DNA of 64,000 nucleotides from Microcoleus sp. (GCA_052279835.1 CP181291.1:3456001-3520000); one strand, 5' to 3'. Shown: positions 49,088 to 59,532, numbered from the stretch's first letter. The notes: generated by a model not told the origin, from the letters alone. Program-made: numbers and translations.

Positions 49088-49909
49088 TCAAGGAAGCGAA
49101 TGAGCCTTGTAGAAAGTTTCGAGGCTTTGCTTGTCGCCCACAAACCGCCAGTGCCAAGGTTCGTAACTGACTTTTTGGCGATTGTTTTTGGGGAAGGACA
49201 TTTCAAAGCTGAAGGAAGTGGCGTTAGCTTCTAGCCACTTGAATGCTGGGGTATCTTCAAAGCTGGTACTGAGGTTTGCAGAGGGGACACTGCCGTCTCC
49301 TAGGTCGATCGCGTACCCGGTATGATGTTCGCTATATCCTGGAGGAGCGCTAACTTCCGCCCGCTTGCTAACATCTTGCTTGCGTTCGGCTTTCACGTCA
49401 AAAAATACGTGTTGTTGGTCTTCCAGGGAACGAAAGCCGGATATGGGAGCAAAATATATGCCTTGGGCGGCAGCCGCGTTTGCCATTTCTTGATATTTGG
49501 CGGCTGCGGCTTTGCGGAGTTTGATCCCGCCGTCTCCGGTGACGGCTACCAAGTCAGAGGCTGGTGCTTCTTGATAAGGTAAATGTCCTAGTAATTTGTC
49601 CGGTGTGGACGTACTGCTTTTTGAGTTAGCAACGGGACTTGTGGGTGAGGGGGAACTTGCCGATACTGGGTTTGGTTGACTTTGTTCTGCCCTACTGGTG
49701 TCTGGGAAAAATTTAAAGTTGAGGTGCAGCCAAATGCTGACCCCAAAGGCGACTACGCCCAACGCTAGGAGTTTCCAAATCAGCCCTTTTTTTCTGGACT
49801 GACTAGGCTTGACTTCAATATATGGATGGTCTCGTACTGCTTCTGGAATTTCGTCAATCCCAAGCTCTGATGCTTGCGGGGGTTTTCTTGATAGACTCGC
49901 GTTATCCAA
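49088..49909 (-). CDS. M15B D-Ala-D-Ala carboxypeptidase (VanY-like)
   Basis: [27 protein letters not shown]; start TTG49909 inferred from GGAG RBS. Confidence 0.9.
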   Translation of the reverse strand: MDNASLSRKPPQASELGIDEIPEAVRDHPYIEVKPSQSRKKGLIWKLLALGVVAFGVSIWLHLNFKFFPDTSRAEQSQPNPVSASSPSPTSPVANSKSSTSTPDKLLGHLPYQEAPASDLVAVTGDGGIKLRKAAAAKYQEMANAAAAQGIYFAPISGFRSLEDQQHVFFDVKAERKQDVSKRAEVSAPPGYSEHHTGYAIDLGDGSVPSANLSTSFEDTPAFKWLEANATSFSFEMSFPKNNRQKVSYEPWHWRFVGDKQSLETFYKAHSLP

Positions 49910-49977
49910 GCCAGCTTCGCTCCTGCACTTCAATAAGGCTCAACGTTACAAATTGTAGACTGATATTGCCCAAAGTC

Positions 49978-50036
49978 ATTGGGAATTGGGAATTGGGAAT
50001 TGGGAATTGGGAATTGGGAATTGGGAATTGGGAATT
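49978..50036. repeat. STRR heptamer (GGGAATT)8
   Basis: Direct reading of the tandem array. Confidence 0.95.
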
Positions 50037-50117
50037 GGTTATTTGCAAGCAATGCCCCATGCCCCATGCCCTTCCCCCCCTCGGAGGGGTCAGGGGGGGG
50101 TTCCCCATGCCCCATTG

Positions 50118-50278
50118 GTGTCAACAATCGCCTGAAACCCTTGGTATCTCTCGTTCATAGCCAAGTCTAGATCCCCCTAAACCCCCACCCCCCCCCTGCC
50201 CCCCCAAGGGGGGATGGGGGGATCTGGCCTTAATAGTCAAACAGCAGTCTGTGACAGGGTTTGACGTTAAGTTGACAC
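50118..50278. mobile_element. Miniature element with GTGTCAAC..GTTGACAC ends enclosing a family E hairpin
   Basis: Ends are reverse complements of the ends at 45883/46087. Confidence 0.6.
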
Positions 50279-50307
50279 TAATGCCCATGCCCATGCCCGT
50301 ATAAGAT

Positions 50308-53300
50308 TTACCCAAACTGCGTTAAGAATCGGAAAGCATTCAGAACATGAGTAGCGCAGACATAAGGCGAAGTATTATAAAAAGCTTGCCAAGCCGCTGC
50401 CTTATCTTCGTCGTATCTATCTGCTCTTTCCAAGTGTTTTTCCAGCCAATTGAGCCTGACAGCGTGACCGATCAATACATCTAAGACGATGTACTCTTCT
50501 ATTTGTAGCTCTGGGTTGCGTTGGGCGATCGCAGCCAACTCCATCAATGCCTCAATATTAACTTGTCTGTACTCAGGCGCAACAATTTTATTCAGCAAAT
50601 GCTCCACTTGGAGAGCAAAATTCTTTTCACCAGGAGTCATTTCCGATAAAATCACCTCACTGTCCAAGCGATTTCTGCGTTCCAACTTATCCCCAATAAT
50701 CAAGCCTTTGCAGTGCCGCAGCAGTCCCCAAACATGGGGATAAAAATCCTTGGGAACCCGATTAACAGCACCTTCCATTTGCCGCTTCCTGCGCCATCCA
50801 CCCGCCGGCATTTGGGGCTCGGACAAAATTGGAGCCACCACCCATTCTATTTCTTTTTCCGATTGTTTGACCCGCAGAGATTCTTGTTGTTTCAGGACTT
50901 GATTCATTTCCTCATACTCTGACAAAACTTGGCGCAGGCGATTTTTAATTTCAAAGGGACTTAACTGCATTAAATCTTCGTAAGCTTCATTTTGCGTGAT
51001 TCCCAATTCGCGGGCCAATTCGCTAGTTAGCAACAGAATAAAATAGCTAACTCTCAGGGTCAAAAGTCCTTTAAATAACTGAGGTTCTGCTTTAATCAGC
51101 AAACCAAGGTAGATCAAAACTTCTTGGGTGAGAACTCGATCGCGAACGTCTTCGCCGCAAAATTGGCGAATTTTGTCCATCACTTCCATGTAAGAACCAG
51201 GTCGAGAAATCAGGGAAGTTTCGCTGTAAGCTTTCCCCACAGAAATCTGTTTTTGTCGAACCAAAATATCCGTCACGGCATCGGACAAGCTGATATCAAT
51301 CTTATCCAGCAAACCAGCAGCATAACGGATGACTGCCCATTCTATTTTAGATTGGGAACTGTCTCCGGCTTTAGTATAAACTTCCTTGAGCAAATCTACA
51401 ACTTTAACACTTTCTCCCTGGGTTCCAAATCCAGTATCAAAGTCCATACCTTTGAGACGTACTAGGGTGTGGAGTAACTCTATTTGTTCGTACAAATTTT
51501 CTGATTCCCGCAGGCTTTTTAGCAAGAAGCTAGTATTAGTTTCGCACTCTAATTTAAATTCTTGAGTGTGACCCAAAGGCCCTGTTCTTTCAGGATTGTA
51601 ACGGAGATAGCTCGGCAATTCTACAGCACCTGTTACTGGAGATTCCGTAAAATCAAAATCGTGAAGAAAATCTATCTTTTCCGTACCCGCAGTCAATATT
51701 AATTGATTGAGATTCCCTAACTTTACCGGGGTATTTTTGCAGTGTCCGTCGCGGAGTTCTTTCATCAAGTTTAACAAAGCTTCCCGACCCGTTTCCAGCA
51801 TTCTGTGAGTGAGCATCAGGGTTACTGTCGGTCGTCCCAACTGAGACCAATGACGGTGAATGTAAGCTAATTCACTATTGATTTGAGATACTAAAAAGTG
51901 GTAATCTAGAGTTAAATAAAACTCTTGTCTGTCGAGAAAAGAGGGTAGAAATACGATCGCCTCTCCGCGAATTTGGAACACCCTTGAAGTGGTCAAACTC
52001 CGCAGCCTGCGAACGGGACGACCTGTCAACCCTAATTGGTCATTGCGTCCTATCTGGGTGTAAATCGCTGATAATTCTTTTGTTTGACGGACTTGAATTG
52101 GTTCTACCTGTTTGGGAGTTTGGGCTGCAATTCCATTGGCTGCTAATTCTGCTTGCAAATCTTCGTCTTCAGCTAACAGTGCAATTTGGACTAGGGGTTC
52201 TCTGTGCCGCCCCACTGAGAGGTGTCTTCCCAGGGGATCGATATCACCGATCGCAATTAATCCATCGTTTAATAATTGACCGAGAAAATACAAACTTTGC
52301 GCCCAAACTAGGGGGATGTTTTCATTGGGTAAGCGCTGCTGGCTGCGGGGATTAATTTTTTCTGCATTGATATTGTCGGCTGGTATGTAATACAATTCTG
52401 GTAGCAGAGATAAACCGGAACGCTCTACGGTGAGGGATGCCAAACGCTGTTCGTACTCGGCAACCTGGGCTGGATTTCCCTCAAATATTCCGTCTAATAA
52501 TAGGTAAGTAAAAAACAGTGGCCACTCGCATTCAATGTGCTCGAACTGCTTTAATTCTGTGGGTTCGTAGTGGAGGCGATCGCCATCTTCCAATACTGTT
52601 TGGTGTCCATCCCGTAGAAACCTTTTGCAGCCGTAATTTCCCTGCAATTTATCGATAATTTTATTTCGGGTTCGTTCAACTAATTGTTTGTCTTCTACTG
52701 CAAAAGCGGGAAAACTAATGATGCTCAACAAAGCCGCATCTACTTCCTTGGAACTCGATTCGCGAGGCAAAAGCGATTCTAATGTCATCCGAGTTCGGGC
52801 AATTTCGTCTGGCAAAACGTGAATTACAGAGGCTTGAGAGCCGTTTAAGCCAAATAAATCTAATCCATTTATCGCTTCAAGTGCTGCTTTTGCCATCCCT
52901 ACTGAACTGGCATTTAATTCTGCATTGCCCCGATTAATTTTATTGCCTCTTTCCCAAATTCCATAATCGGGTGTGCGGTAGGATCTACCAATATAGTACA
53001 CTAAATTCTGCACGAAATTGACTTCATCGATTGTGAAAATAATGTGCAATCCTGAAGCTGTCATTTGAGCAAGCATTAGCAAGAATATAGATGTTGCATC
53101 TAACTGCAAGTGTCCCCACTCATCATCGCCGACAACAATATTGCCCGTCTGGGTATTGTATTTGGCGTGTAAGGCATCTAGGGGTAACTGGGTATTTTTA
53201 AATTTTTCTACTTTATTGGCTTGTTGCATCATCGCAAACATCAAGCCTCGCATCAGTTTTACTGTACTGTGTTCGAGTTCAAATGTTTTAGCCCCATCGC

Positions 53301-53517
53301 TATCAATTTTACGGTAAGCTAGGCCCAAGCCCCAAACTGCGAGGATGCTGTAAACGTTGTCGCGCACCCAAGCATCGGTGTAGTCGCCGTGGGCGTTAAC
53401 GGCGGTACTCGCTGGGAGTAAGCCGGTAATTGGGTTCTGCCGCTTGAGAATGATGCTTTTGATTTGTTGGTAGTAATAATCTAACCTGCTTTGCCGCTGA
53501 GCTGTTGCGATCGCCAT
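50308..53517 (-). CDS. Glycoside hydrolase family 15 / phosphorylase kinase alpha-beta-like protein
   Basis: DAWVRDNVY, WGHLQLDA, PDYGIWERG, YGCKRFLRDG, ECEWPLF, WAQSL, MTPGEKNFA. Confidence 0.9.
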   Translation of the reverse strand: MAIATAQRQSRLDYYYQQIKSIILKRQNPITGLLPASTAVNAHGDYTDAWVRDNVYSILAVWGLGLAYRKIDSDGAKTFELEHSTVKLMRGLMFAMMQQANKVEKFKNTQLPLDALHAKYNTQTGNIVVGDDEWGHLQLDATSIFLLMLAQMTASGLHIIFTIDEVNFVQNLVYYIGRSYRTPDYGIWERGNKINRGNAELNASSVGMAKAALEAINGLDLFGLNGSQASVIHVLPDEIARTRMTLESLLPRESSSKEVDAALLSIISFPAFAVEDKQLVERTRNKIIDKLQGNYGCKRFLRDGHQTVLEDGDRLHYEPTELKQFEHIECEWPLFFTYLLLDGIFEGNPAQVAEYEQRLASLTVERSGLSLLPELYYIPADNINAEKINPRSQQRLPNENIPLVWAQSLYFLGQLLNDGLIAIGDIDPLGRHLSVGRHREPLVQIALLAEDEDLQAELAANGIAAQTPKQVEPIQVRQTKELSAIYTQIGRNDQLGLTGRPVRRLRSLTTSRVFQIRGEAIVFLPSFLDRQEFYLTLDYHFLVSQINSELAYIHRHWSQLGRPTVTLMLTHRMLETGREALLNLMKELRDGHCKNTPVKLGNLNQLILTAGTEKIDFLHDFDFTESPVTGAVELPSYLRYNPERTGPLGHTQEFKLECETNTSFLLKSLRESENLYEQIELLHTLVRLKGMDFDTGFGTQGESVKVVDLLKEVYTKAGDSSQSKIEWAVIRYAAGLLDKIDISLSDAVTDILVRQKQISVGKAYSETSLISRPGSYMEVMDKIRQFCGEDVRDRVLTQEVLIYLGLLIKAEPQLFKGLLTLRVSYFILLLTSELARELGITQNEAYEDLMQLSPFEIKNRLRQVLSEYEEMNQVLKQQESLRVKQSEKEIEWVVAPILSEPQMPAGGWRRKRQMEGAVNRVPKDFYPHVWGLLRHCKGLIIGDKLERRNRLDSEVILSEMTPGEKNFALQVEHLLNKIVAPEYRQVNIEALMELAAIAQRNPELQIEEYIVLDVLIGHAVRLNWLEKHLERADRYDEDKAAAWQAFYNTSPYVCATHVLNAFRFLTQFG

Positions 53518-53767
53518 TTCGTTTTCCTTGTACTTTTTTCCTGAAGCTAGCTGAGTTGCTCTGAATAGACTTTTAAATATATCAGAAATTAGATTGCTCT
53601 GTGTCTCTCAACTTTTATTTTTCTGAGCGTCGAGTTGTCATAGTTTCTGCTTCGTCTAGGATTTGACAGTAACTTTAAGTCAATCTTAGTCCATAAAATA
53701 TATTTTGAATCGAAGTTAACATTTTGTTAAAAATTTCTACTTTGTAAATAATCTGGAGGTAATTACC

Positions 53768-53908
53768 ATGTCTCACCGCCATCACCATAACAACAATAAT
53801 GCTCCTTTTGTAAAAATTGTCTATTCTACAATTAAAGTCAATGGCAAAATAGAGTTAGTCCCGATGGAATGGTACGCAGATGGCTCTGTTAAAAAGAGCG
53901 ATCGCTAA
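53768..53908 (+). CDS. Small 46-aa protein missed by the ORF track
   Basis: GGAGGT RBS 7 nt before ATG; MSHRHHHNNNNAPFVKIVYSTIKVNGKIELVPMEWYADGSVKKSDR. Confidence 0.65.
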   Translation: MSHRHHHNNNNAPFVKIVYSTIKVNGKIELVPMEWYADGSVKKSDR

Positions 53909-54040
53909 TTAGGTCGATCGATTGTAGATTTTAGATTTGGGATTTTGGATATGAGTATTCCCCTTCTTCCCTTTTCCCTCTTCCCTCTTCCCTCTCCCTT
54001 CTGGTATAACTACCTGTGTAGGAATCTCCCATCAAAAAAT

Positions 54041-54772
54041 ATGGATCGATCGCGCTCACAATTTTCTGTGCTGGGACTACCAGTTCACATCTTAGACGAT
54101 CATGCAGGTTGGCTGATAGAGCGTCTGCATCAAGGATTAGGAAGTCACGTCGTCACGCTGAATGCAGAAATGGCGATGCAAGCCGAGAAAAATCAGGCTT
54201 TAGCCGATATAATTAGTTCTGCGGAACTCGTGATTCCAGACGGTGCCGGAGTCGTGCTGTACTTGAGAATGCGAGGTAAAAAAGTCAACAGATTTCCGGG
54301 GATTGAATTAGCAGAGTCCTTGCTGCAACAAGCGGCCAAATTGCCGCATGGGGAATCAGTATTTTTCTTTGGAGGTGCGCCCGGAGTGGCGATCGCAGCA
54401 GCAGAAACTTGGCAACAGCAGAGGGGCGGATTGTCGATTAGATCTCAACACGGCTATATCTCCGCAGAGGAAGAACAAGAATTCCAGGAAACTCTCAAAA
54501 AAATCCAGCCAAAATTGATTCTAGTCGGTTTGGGAGTGCCACGTCAAGAGTTTTGGATTGCCAAAAACCGACACCTTTGTCCTCAATCTATTTGGGTAGG
54601 AGTAGGGGGCAGTTTGGACATTTGGGCGGGAACAAAAACTCGTGCTCCGGCTTGGTTTTGCGACAATAATTTAGAATGGTTGTATCGACTTTATCAAGAA
54701 CCTTGGCGCTGGCGCAGGATGTTAGCTTTGCCCCAATTTGCATTCAAAGCCTTGGGAAATTTGCGGACTTAA
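54041..54772 (+). CDS. WecB/TagA/CpsF family glycosyltransferase
   Basis: VTLNAE, PDGAG, GLGVPRQE, GVGGSLD, RAP, LEWLYRL. Confidence 0.93.
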   Translation: MDRSRSQFSVLGLPVHILDDHAGWLIERLHQGLGSHVVTLNAEMAMQAEKNQALADIISSAELVIPDGAGVVLYLRMRGKKVNRFPGIELAESLLQQAAKLPHGESVFFFGGAPGVAIAAAETWQQQRGGLSIRSQHGYISAEEEQEFQETLKKIQPKLILVGLGVPRQEFWIAKNRHLCPQSIWVGVGGSLDIWAGTKTRAPAWFCDNNLEWLYRLYQEPWRWRRMLALPQFAFKALGNLRT

Positions 54773-54863
54773 ATGAATTATTTCCCAAACCCCCAAGGAA
54801 TTATGGTTGATATTTGTTAGATATTGTGAGGTCGAAGGGCAGGGCATCGCCCGCCCCTACAAG

Positions 54864-57191
54864 TTAAACGATATAAGGAGAATCGATCGCCTTGGCCCGT
54901 TTAATCGCCACCAAAGTCTGGTAAATCAAAGCTGAAATCTCTCCACGAGTGACATCCCGCTGCGGCGAAAGCCAATCGCGGGAAGGATAATTAACCACAA
55001 TCTTCAAGCTAGTTGCCGCGGCGATCGCACTTAAAGCAAAATTAGGGATTTGAGAGCGATCGGTGTAAACTTTCAAAGTATCAGGATTTCCCCCCTTCAG
55101 TTCCAAACCATTAACCAAAGACACGATCGCCTCAGTCTTAGTTAAATTCAAATTCGGGCCAAACTTCAACCCCGGAAACCCCGACAAAAAGCCAGCCCGA
55201 TTCGCCCGTTCGATCGCACTTCTGGCCCAAAAACTAGCAGAAACATCAATAAAATTCGTAGCAGGCATCTTCGGAATCGGACTAAACGCAGTCACCAACA
55301 ACGAAGCATATTGAGCTCGATTTAAACTCTCATCAGGTCGAAAAGAACCATCCGGCATACCACTAATTATATTCGCTGCCGCCAGGGCCTCAATAAACTT
55401 CTGGGCCCAATGTCCAGAAATATCACTAAACCTCGAATCACCAATATTCGGATTACCGCCACCCTTTCTCACCGCCGCTTGCACAGCTTGAAAAGCATTC
55501 ACTTTCCCGTAACCGAACCAATCGCTACGCTGATTTTGAGTGTCATAAGTACCCATGCGAGTACCCAACTGGGGATCGGGATCGCCATCAACAATTTTGT
55601 CAGCAGTTTGTTCCAGAATTCCCCGCACTTCCCGCGCCGTCAAACGGGGGTTGGCCGAAAGTACCAAAGCTGCCACCCCAGCCACTAGAGGAGTGGCGCT
55701 GGAAGTACCGCCAAAGGAGTCGGTATAGTCCCCTGGATCGTAACCCTCGGTCCCGATGCGATCGGTAGTAAATATTCCCAAACCGGGCAAATCTTGCGTC
55801 ACCTCCGGCGGAGTGCTGATATATCCGGTTTGCTGCATCCAAGTTCCCGGCGGGGCGTTGTTGCTGGGGGCGGAAACCGAGATGCTGCCACCCCAATTGC
55901 TGTAGGCTGCTTTTTTATTCAGGGAAGTGGAAGCTGCAACCGCAATCACGTCTGGGTGAACGGCAAATCCACTCAGCCATCGAGTTTGACCCTTGATGAT
56001 GTCATCGGGCCAGCCTTTTTCGTTAATCGTACCGTTGACTGGGCGGTTGGCATTGCCGGCTGCGAAGACAATGACGCAACCTCTGCCACCGCGCCCTAGG
56101 GTGGCTGCTTTGGTGATGACGGCACTTTGTCTGAGGGAAAGCGGAAAATAAACTGCTGATGGCCCCCAACTGCAAGAAATGACGGCGGCCCCTTTGTCGA
56201 TCGCCCAATTGAATATTTGTTCAACAGAATCATCGTCCAGGTAGCCTGTAGTACGGATTGGCATTAGGGCGCATCCAGGGGCGACACCGACAATGCCTTT
56301 GCCGTTTTCTTCCGCGACGGCGACACCCGCGCAGGATGTGCCGTGGTTGTCGGAGTCGAGGACTGGCATTGGGGACAAGTCGCCGTCTTTTAAATCTAGG
56401 GGAAAAACGATTTTGCCTTGGCCTTGAAAATCGGGATGTGTCATCTCCACGGAATCGTCGGCGATCGCGACTACGATCGATCGTATTCCACGAGTAATGT
56501 CCCAGGCTTTTTCGGCAAAAACGTGAGAACCTATTGCCATTTGGCTACCGCTTCTGTTATTGAGATACCACTGTCGGGGATACAGCGGATCGCGGGGGAT
56601 ATAGTGGTGTTGAGTTTGTACTATAATGTTTGGTTCTGCAACGAGAACTTCTGGGTATCTGGTCAAACGGTTGGCTATTTTGACTGGGTTTTCTGTGGCT
56701 TGTTTGGTGACTTCATAGATAAATGTGTTGGGAATTCCTTCTACTTGTCGGACCATTTTTAATGCTGCTGCATTGGCGATCGCATTTCGCGATTCTTCTT
56801 TTAGTTGTTCGGTAAATTGAATGGTAATTCGATCGGTTAAATAAAAGAATGTACCCGGATTGTTGGCGGGACAATAGACGTGGCTAGCAAAAGCAACGGC
56901 ATCGCTGGCCCTGGCCGCTTGCATGGCGGTATTGAGAAGGGCGGGCGGAACTAGATATTCTTCTAGATTGCTGTTGGCGACGCGGCGGATGAGTTTGGCT
57001 TTGGCGTTGACTAACCAAGGGTTTGAGGCTGATGCTGTGGATGAGGGGCGGACTGTAAAGCGATCGGTCGCTTTTGACAGTAGCACTTCATCTCCTCCGC
57101 GTTGCAAAATCAATGCCAGACTTTCATCTGGGACTCCTATACCTTGATAATTTTGTAAGGTTGTGGCAGAAAGTGCGCTCGGTTGTGTCAT
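54864..57191 (-). CDS. S8 subtilase with C-terminal SLH domains
   Basis: IADDS, HGTSCAG, FAAGN, GGTSSATP; FSDISGHWA and related SLH repeats. Confidence 0.92.
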   Translation of the reverse strand: MTQPSALSATTLQNYQGIGVPDESLALILQRGGDEVLLSKATDRFTVRPSSTASASNPWLVNAKAKLIRRVANSNLEEYLVPPALLNTAMQAARASDAVAFASHVYCPANNPGTFFYLTDRITIQFTEQLKEESRNAIANAAALKMVRQVEGIPNTFIYEVTKQATENPVKIANRLTRYPEVLVAEPNIIVQTQHHYIPRDPLYPRQWYLNNRSGSQMAIGSHVFAEKAWDITRGIRSIVVAIADDSVEMTHPDFQGQGKIVFPLDLKDGDLSPMPVLDSDNHGTSCAGVAVAEENGKGIVGVAPGCALMPIRTTGYLDDDSVEQIFNWAIDKGAAVISCSWGPSAVYFPLSLRQSAVITKAATLGRGGRGCVIVFAAGNANRPVNGTINEKGWPDDIIKGQTRWLSGFAVHPDVIAVAASTSLNKKAAYSNWGGSISVSAPSNNAPPGTWMQQTGYISTPPEVTQDLPGLGIFTTDRIGTEGYDPGDYTDSFGGTSSATPLVAGVAALVLSANPRLTAREVRGILEQTADKIVDGDPDPQLGTRMGTYDTQNQRSDWFGYGKVNAFQAVQAAVRKGGGNPNIGDSRFSDISGHWAQKFIEALAAANIISGMPDGSFRPDESLNRAQYASLLVTAFSPIPKMPATNFIDVSASFWARSAIERANRAGFLSGFPGLKFGPNLNLTKTEAIVSLVNGLELKGGNPDTLKVYTDRSQIPNFALSAIAAATSLKIVVNYPSRDWLSPQRDVTRGEISALIYQTLVAIKRAKAIDSPYIV

Positions 57192-57359
57192 CAGAAATGC
57201 CTTTGTTCAGTTTTAATGCAATTTTACAATTTAATTTTCCCGCACTATAGCAGTTTCTTTTGAAGTGAGGTAGGTACCTAGCAATTTGCAATTCACGCTT
57301 TGTAGGGTACGTCGCTATGAGATATTCCGTGGAACTTGCAGATTCTAGAAGGCGACGCA

Positions 57360-57530
57360 CCTGAATATTGGCCGCAAAAAGTTAAGGGATTGTCAATTAT
57401 TTCCGAACACGGCTACCTGTCAAAAGAGCAAGAAAACGACTTGCAGGAAACCCTCAAAAGAATGCAGCCACCAATCATTTTTGTGGTTTGGGAGTGCCTC
57501 TCCGAAAATTTTGGATTGCCGAAAACATTC
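57360..57530 (+). pseudogene. Degraded internal fragment of a WecB/TagA paralog
   Basis: GLSIISEHGYLSKEQENDLQETLKRMQP..(fs)GVPLRKFWIAEN aligns with GLSIRSQHGYISAEEEQEFQETLKKIQP..GVPRQEFWIAKN of 54041-54772. Confidence 0.8.
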
Positions 57531-58581
57531 AAAGTTCGATGGTTAAAGACGCAGCGATCGCTACCCAACTGCAAGCCTTAGCCGTATACGAGCTATCGAT
57601 TTTTAGCATGAAGTTAGGTACTACTTTTATGTCTCCCGTAATGAGGTTTTCGGGCTTTATGTCCGAGATGTTGGTTGGTTGGGTGATCTGTGCGGACGAT
57701 CGATCGGGTATTGCGCTCGATGCAGCCGCAGCGGAGAACACCCAAGGTTGCGTTCCCAGACGAGGATCGATCGGCTCAAACCCCAGAGTTTGGCTCCCAG
57801 CATCGCCGCGATAGTCATCCTCCGTGAGGGTGGCATCGGGGGAGTAGAACCAGGTATTCGCCGCTGTATCGATGATAATTTCCCGGTTTTCTTTGGGATA
57901 GTTGCCATCGTAAACCTGGATAGATACCCGATTGTTCGGCAAATCCGTGATGCCAATCGGCGCGACGGAATGCCCTCCCGAACCACCAGGATTGGAGAAC
58001 CGCAAAGTCCCGATCGCCGAGCCTGATGTGTTCAAACTCGTCCGCAATGCTGCTAAAACATCATTAGGGGAAGTTTTGACCGTGGTGTCCCGATCGACCA
58101 AACCAGTTGCATACCAATAAGCAATCTCGCGTTGAAGCTTCGTATTCCCTTCCAGATTCAAATCCGCCGCGCGTTCCGCGCCAAAATCTTGGGGACGAAT
58201 CTTACCCTCGTACATCAACAAACTCAGTGCTGCCAGGCCTTCGCAATGACCGTTCTTCATGGTGCTATTCGCCCACTCCATCCATTTTTCGGCGGTTGGA
58301 GTCAAGGAAAAACTACCGTCACTGCGGACTGGACTCGCCAAGACAGCATCGCCAAACAGTCGGCGCATTTCCACTGGACTGAGGGTGGCATACTGGGGTG
58401 CTGCATCGTAGTTAGCAAAGCTAAACCCGTCTGTGGCGATCGAGAATGCGGATCTTGTGGGATTTGTGGCGGTTAGCCCAGGCGTGGGGACTGATGGAAC
58501 TCCGGCGCGACCTTCTTGGATACCATATTCGCGGTAATGCTGAAGGGGACTGAGTTTTCCGGGGTTGGCGTCGATCGGCAT
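57529..58581 (-). CDS. Probable fragment of an extracellular protein with a papain/transglutaminase-like Cys-His-Asp domain
   Basis: GHCEG, GGHSV, VYDGN; N-terminal LQHYREYGIQEGR repeat; ends look truncated. Confidence 0.55.
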   Translation of the reverse strand: MPIDANPGKLSPLQHYREYGIQEGRAGVPSVPTPGLTATNPTRSAFSIATDGFSFANYDAAPQYATLSPVEMRRLFGDAVLASPVRSDGSFSLTPTAEKWMEWANSTMKNGHCEGLAALSLLMYEGKIRPQDFGAERAADLNLEGNTKLQREIAYWYATGLVDRDTTVKTSPNDVLAALRTSLNTSGSAIGTLRFSNPGGSGGHSVAPIGITDLPNNRVSIQVYDGNYPKENREIIIDTAANTWFYSPDATLTEDDYRGDAGSQTLGFEPIDPRLGTQPWVFSAAAASSAIPDRSSAQITQPTNISDIKPENLITGDIKVVPNFMLKIDSSYTAKACSWVAIAASLTIEL

Positions 58582-58860
58582 TTGAAAGTTATACCAAAAA
58601 GTTCAGGCTAATCAGCATGGATGACTCAACTAACATCAGTCCGGTTAAATTTCCTTTCTTCTTCAGTCCGCGCAGGCGGACTTTGTTTGTTTAGCAGCGG
58701 TTTCAACCGCCGGGATATTTCCGATCTAAAATCCCAAATCGATCGCCCCCTTTGACATTTCCCCAAATTTGGTTTACACTCATCCGGTTGCGATCGCCAA
58801 TGGTAAGATCTGCTCAAGCTAAATATCTTTTTTAAAGCGCCCAGGGCGCAAAGTAATTTC

Positions 58861-59487
58861 ATGGTATACTCTGGAACTGTTTGCTGGCTTCGCTCCACCG
58901 CCCGGATTAGCATTGTGGCGATCGCAGCTTTGCTCCTATTACAACCGCCCCAAGCCCAAGCACAGCAACCTTCTGGGCTAGATAACAAACCGCAAGTCGA
59001 ACCCGTAGATGACCCTACGGACCCAAACAATCTCCGCCCCGTTATCCAAAACAACAGCCTCTTGAGCATTCCCGGAGGTCAGCGTTTAATGACAGAAGCT
59101 AGCAACGCTATTTCCAACCAGAACTACACTGTAGCTTCTCAAAAACTTCAAGAATCCCGCCAAATTTTCAATCAATTGTCCAATTTCTACCAACAACTGT
59201 CCAGCAGTTTTGCCGGAATCGACATCCGCATCGCTGACAGCAACCGCACCAAAGCCGTCGATACAGCCCAAATGCGTGACGAAGCCACCTATCGGCTGGC
59301 GTTGGTACACCGAGCCCAAAATAAGCCGGAACTGGCTGTTCCACTGCTGATCCAGATTATTCGTTCCCAGCAGCCAACTCGCGACTTGGGCAAAAAAGCT
59401 TACCAGCAGTTAGTGGAGTTGGGGTTTGTGGATACGCCCTATCCTCGACCAGCCAGCAGCACTCCCCCGACTGCGCCTAAGAAATAG
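58861..59487 (+). CDS. Exported helical (TPR-like) hypothetical protein upstream of bolA
   Basis: Signal peptide ending AQA; RDEATYRLALVHRAQNKPELAVPLL. Confidence 0.75.
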   Translation: MVYSGTVCWLRSTARISIVAIAALLLLQPPQAQAQQPSGLDNKPQVEPVDDPTDPNNLRPVIQNNSLLSIPGGQRLMTEASNAISNQNYTVASQKLQESRQIFNQLSNFYQQLSSSFAGIDIRIADSNRTKAVDTAQMRDEATYRLALVHRAQNKPELAVPLLIQIIRSQQPTRDLGKKAYQQLVELGFVDTPYPRPASSTPPTAPKK

Positions 59488-59532
59488 TTCCACTAAAATC
59501 TAAATTGCAGCCGTTTATCCCAAAAAAAACCA

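Noticed and set aside
49822..50315. Several short ORFs (GNWELGI / PIPNSQF repeats)
   Set aside because: Translations of the STRR heptamer and hairpin repeats
58626..59069. Antisense ORFs over conserved genes (here and within chlH, feoB, GH15, S8)
   Set aside because: Shadow frames opposite well-supported genes, with no motifs or RBS
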